A stretch of DNA of 29,692 nt from Catajapyx aquilonaris (taxonomy: Eukaryota). The position numbers and the translations under genes were made by a program. Below are positions 25,939-29,692 of the stretch, one piece after another. The stretch spans positions 62,001-91,692 of the forward strand of contig JYFJ02001098.1 in the NCBI GenBank assembly GCA_000934665.2, given 5' to 3'. The notes under the pieces are model-generated. The model saw nothing but the letters and a program-made list of their open reading frames with translations, did not search any database and had not been told where the DNA came from. How positions within the stretch are numbered: the first letter of the stretch is position 1; every line of letters starts with the position of its first letter.

Positions 25939-26257
25939 TCTACAGAAGCGTCCCGGAATGATGAAGCCTTTCATGATTTTCATCGGGGCAATCCTGTCCA
26001 TTTGCTTGATTGGCACCTTATTTAGCGTGATCACAGGCAGATTGTCGCATGTAGCATTGTCATATATGATCGTGGGAGAGGCCATTGGGATTTATCTCCT
26101 TGTGGTGATCTTCTCACACTACCGGGAGTTGCGAGCTGAAGGCGAAACAGGATACGGAACAGGACAAGGAAAAGGAAATGGATCAAGACGTGGAACAAGA
26201 AATGGCGCAAGAAATGGAAGCGTTGTACCAGCAGATTTCCTGTACTACATGAACTAA
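25208..26257 (+). CDS. Paralog 8: four-TM membrane protein with Gly/Arg-rich tail, 204 aa; exons 25208-25282, 25345-25486, 25766-25851, 25946-26257
   Basis: MIVMDNCCFCCSTGTATLIMG...SFLIYGVAK/KRPGMMKPF...SHYREL; AATAAA at 26511. Confidence 0.87.
25857..25937. repeat. Microsatellite (TAA)27 forming nearly all of intron 3 of paralog 8
   Basis: Read directly from the sequence. Confidence 0.95.
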
Positions 26258-27052
26258 AACATGCCTTATCCAGCATTATCCATGCCACGTTGTATCTTCC
26301 AGATGCCACTGTACCTGTCTTCAGAAAATATGCGCAGGTTGGGGCAGCTGACCAGACCCAAGATTTTTTTTTTTTTGTAAAATGATCTGTAGTCTTTTCC
26401 TAACCCACACTCGGCCTGTGCACCAAACCTGTGCATGAGTTGGTAGCACTTCTAAAACAAAATTACCATTATTTTGATATGAGCCAAAGAAAAATGTCTA
26501 GTGTACTTCAAATAAAATTAACCAGTGTTGGTTTTCAGATCATAAGCCGCTTCCGGAAGTAGATTGATGTATTGTTTCCAGTTATTTAGCAACATTGCCA
26601 CATATTCAGACCAACAGTGGACTACAATAATGTTATAAGTCATACGGTAGACAAGAAGAAGAGGTAATGATTGTATATTGTTAATGATAATGTTCTTACT
26701 GCTGGAATAATTGGCCACGAATTATTTGAATTAATGATTGTTTAGCCACATCCCAGTGCAAAAGTGTTGCAGAGTGAGTTGCTTTTCTCTCCTATAAAAG
26801 TAGTTTATTGTTACACAGTGCAATACGTACAGCAGAGAATAGACGGGAGAGTACACAGTAAATTCAACGAGAGACACAATCATCTCGGGGACCATGTCAC
26901 TCATAGTGCTTTGTTGACTGACGCATTACCCAGGAGACGGATTTTCACTAGGGTATTTGGAACAGAAGGTTATTATTTGCATATGCTCAAATCGTGACCA
27001 CAATCATCATCTGTATATTCCAGACTGTCCGATTGGTCTACAGATCAACACA

Positions 27053-28514
27053 ATGATTGTCCTTGACACTTGTTTCTACTGCTTCAGTGTCCGCACCGGT
27101 ACCTTGATTATTGGGCTAATTTGCTTGGTAAGATAATGTCAGCGTAATTGACGTGCACTCGTAAGCATTTTTTTTCCTTTCGTTCATAGATGATTGGCGT
27201 GCTCGGATCACTTTTGACCATCCTTATTATGTTATATGGGAGGCACACCATGAAGCGCTTTATCAAGAGAGTATATGGAGATGAGGCTGCAGATTCTAAA
27301 ACATGTAAATGTGCATCACTGTTATTTATTTTTCATTACCTAAATGCATCCTGTTCTTGAATACGTATGCATCATGAGACAGGTCGAAGCAGGATAACGC
27401 AAGTTTAGTGGAATGGTTTTCCAGTTTGAGATCCTAGTCGGGTGTTTTATATCCATTTAGGTGCCAATTATTTAAGATTAATTGCGCTACTCAGACACAT
27501 ATATTTTCACAAAGAAATGCTACTTCCGAATCATAACCTGATGAATTAATTAAGCCCAATTTATTATTTTCATTACAGTTGTCACTGTTGCTTTAATAAT
27601 AATGCTGCTCCTCGGTCTTCTCCTCGCAATCTGGTCATTCCTGCTCATATACGGAGTCCAAAAGGTCAGTTTATTTCAGTTGACATATTAGTATTTCCAT
27701 ACTCCAGGGCTCTACCCTATATACAATATAGCTCAACATGTAACTTACGTCACTCTACTAACTTGCCACACTTGGTATATAACCGAGAGGTAGCAGGTTT
27801 TTCAGATTCAATCCCTACATAATGAGGCATAGTAAATAACATTTATTTACATATTATCATGCATGTTATCCTTAGCCTATAAACAATGAGCAATTTTAGC
27901 TGTGTCCTATGAATATTCATAGGCGCTGATTCAGATTTTTTTTCTGTCAGTATCGATGTTTTTGTAACAATCCTTGCTTCTCCGAAGTCAGAATATTTAT
28001 ATATTTTGGCGTTCATTTTCTTGTAACAAACCTATACTCGTTTGCCTTTTACATAGGCCTATTTCTCAACGACATCTTATGCATACCATATATTTAAATA
28101 TTATATATTTTCCAGAGTTTTGGCTTTTCTACTGCTGTAACAATAGGGCCTCATAGGGCTGACACAGGTCATCCATAAATTAAGCCATATTAGCCATTAC
28201 CTACTCACAAATGACAAATTATGTGGAATTTGAACGTGTATGATTTTGCTGCCATAAAAATGCCAATTACTCAAAAAAGACTGAGCGATAGAAAAAAAGC
28301 AGTTAAGAAATATGAAATAAGCGCAAAAAATGCAATTATAATCGCATTCTTGTACACGTAACGAAAAAAAAAAATCATTTTTCGAACATCGTGACAGTAT
28401 CATCGATGAAAGACATTAACGTACTTTCCATTTACATCGTGCTAACCACATGGCTTATTTTATTTTGTGACAATATTATTGCACTGTGCTGCAAGGAATG
28501 TGGATTTAACCTGC

Positions 28515-28602
<88 letters not shown>

Positions 28603-28879
28603 TCCGCAGAAGCGTCCCGGAATGATGAAGCCTTTCATGATTTACATCATGGCAAACATGGCCATTGGCTGTTTGAGCACCATAGTGAGCGTGTTGACCG
28701 GCAAGCAACCGTCCGAAATATTGGTACTTATGGTCGTGATAAACTCCCTTCTGAGTAATCTCCTCCTGGTGATCTATTCTCACTACCGGATGGTGAAACA
28801 TGAAGTCAGAGAAGTCGGAGCACCAGGACGCGTTTTAGGACGAGTAGGCCTACGCATAACAGGACATGGAAGACGATAA
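27053..28879 (+). CDS. Paralog 9: four-TM membrane protein, 181 aa; exons 27053-27127, 27190-27304, 27579-27664, 28610-28879
   Basis: MIVLDTCFYCFSVRTGTLIIG...FLLIYGVQK/KRPGMMKPF...YSHYRMV...GRR*; canonical splice sites, intron phases 0/1/0. Confidence 0.86.
28516..28602. repeat. Microsatellite (AAT)29 in intron 3 of paralog 9
   Basis: Read directly; abuts the acceptor TCCGCAG. Confidence 0.95.
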
Positions 28880-29468
28880 GGAGCATCCGAAGCAGCCAGT
28901 GTCCCATCTGTAACAAATAAAAGTGCTGAAGGTTCCTTATCCGTCACGATTCGTGCCATGTTGTCTGTTCCAGATGTCACTGTAGTCCTTCCGGATGGAG
29001 GACTCCTTTGTGATTTTTGCTATTGGTTTTTCCAGCAAATTTATTTCTGCCACAGTGACAGTGAAGCCAGGAAGTACTGTATACACGTATACATAATCTC
29101 TTGATTACGGCATGATGAATTTGAAGCTACAACACTTCTAATTCGTATGATAAAAGCAGTTTTTTTAAATGAGGTTCGGTGAAGATTTTTTACTCCAACA
29201 GAACCATTTGTTACGTCACCATTGTTTCATAACATTTTTCTAGAAAAGTTTGATTTCTTGAGAGGTCTTGAGTCGCTCTAGTCTTGAGTGTCCATGATGT
29301 TGTAAACAGCCCGGGGAGACCATTGTTGAGGGCCATCACCAGGGTGTTTGGAATACATAACAGACCGTTTGCACCCACCCGGACGAACATACAGTCTTGA
29401 AATCCCTGTGTAAACGTTGGGCCCATCTCTGCAAATTCCATGTCCTATACGACTTTAACACCAACACA

Positions 29469-29549
29469 ATGTATGTCCTCAAGAGTTGTTGCTGCATATT
29501 CAGTACTGGCACCGGTAGCGCCATTGCAGGGATCAGTACATTGCCATTG
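29469..29549 (+). CDS. Paralog 10, coding exon 1 only (remainder outside the window, or truncated)
   Basis: CAACACAATG start context as in paralogs 6, 8 and 9; MYVLKSCCCIFSTGTGSAIAGISTLPL followed by the donor GTAAGA. The upstream block (about 29320-29400) is homologous to those before paralogs 7-9. Confidence 0.7.
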
Positions 29550-29692
29550 GTAAGATGAGTCCATGTAATTGGAGTGCAAATTATTGAGTCATTTTGGCTT
29601 GGGTGCAGTTTAGAGCCGCAAAAATCTTGCAGGTTTCTATACATTTTCCGAATCTACTCGATGAGCTGAGTCGAATGACACTATTCCTAGTG

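Noticed and set aside
28391..28801. Poly-Ile and poly-Tyr ORFs, including the 162-aa + strand ORF
   Set aside because: Only 28610 onward is exon 4; the upstream part is intronic repeat.

Overview
AT-rich, intron-containing eukaryotic (probably invertebrate animal) DNA. The window is dominated by a head-to-tail tandem array of ten paralogous + strand genes: nine complete, and a tenth of which only coding exon 1 is visible. The ORF track shows only fragments because the genes are spliced. Each complete gene has four coding exons with GT-AG introns in phases 0/1/0 and a third exon of exactly 86 nt. They encode 172-221 aa proteins with four hydrophobic segments, an N-terminal Cys cluster of the CCxCC-x-x-R-T-G-x-L-I-L-G type, an RPG-x-M-x-P(Y/F) loop and a Y-x-(E/D)-L motif after the last hydrophobic segment. 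This resembles LAPTM4/Mtp-like or arthropod DUF4728-like tetra-spanning proteins; the assignment comes from motif recall, not a search. The array also records its own evolution: a segmental duplication that left an exon relic, a 95-bp intronic palindrome, an intron made almost entirely of (TAA)27, repeat-expanded C-terminal tails, a relocated stop codon, and lost 5'UTR splice acceptors. No RNA genes, CRISPR arrays or recognisable transposase ORFs were seen. The long spacers at about 10.5-13.4 kb and 15.1-18.8 kb remain unexplained.
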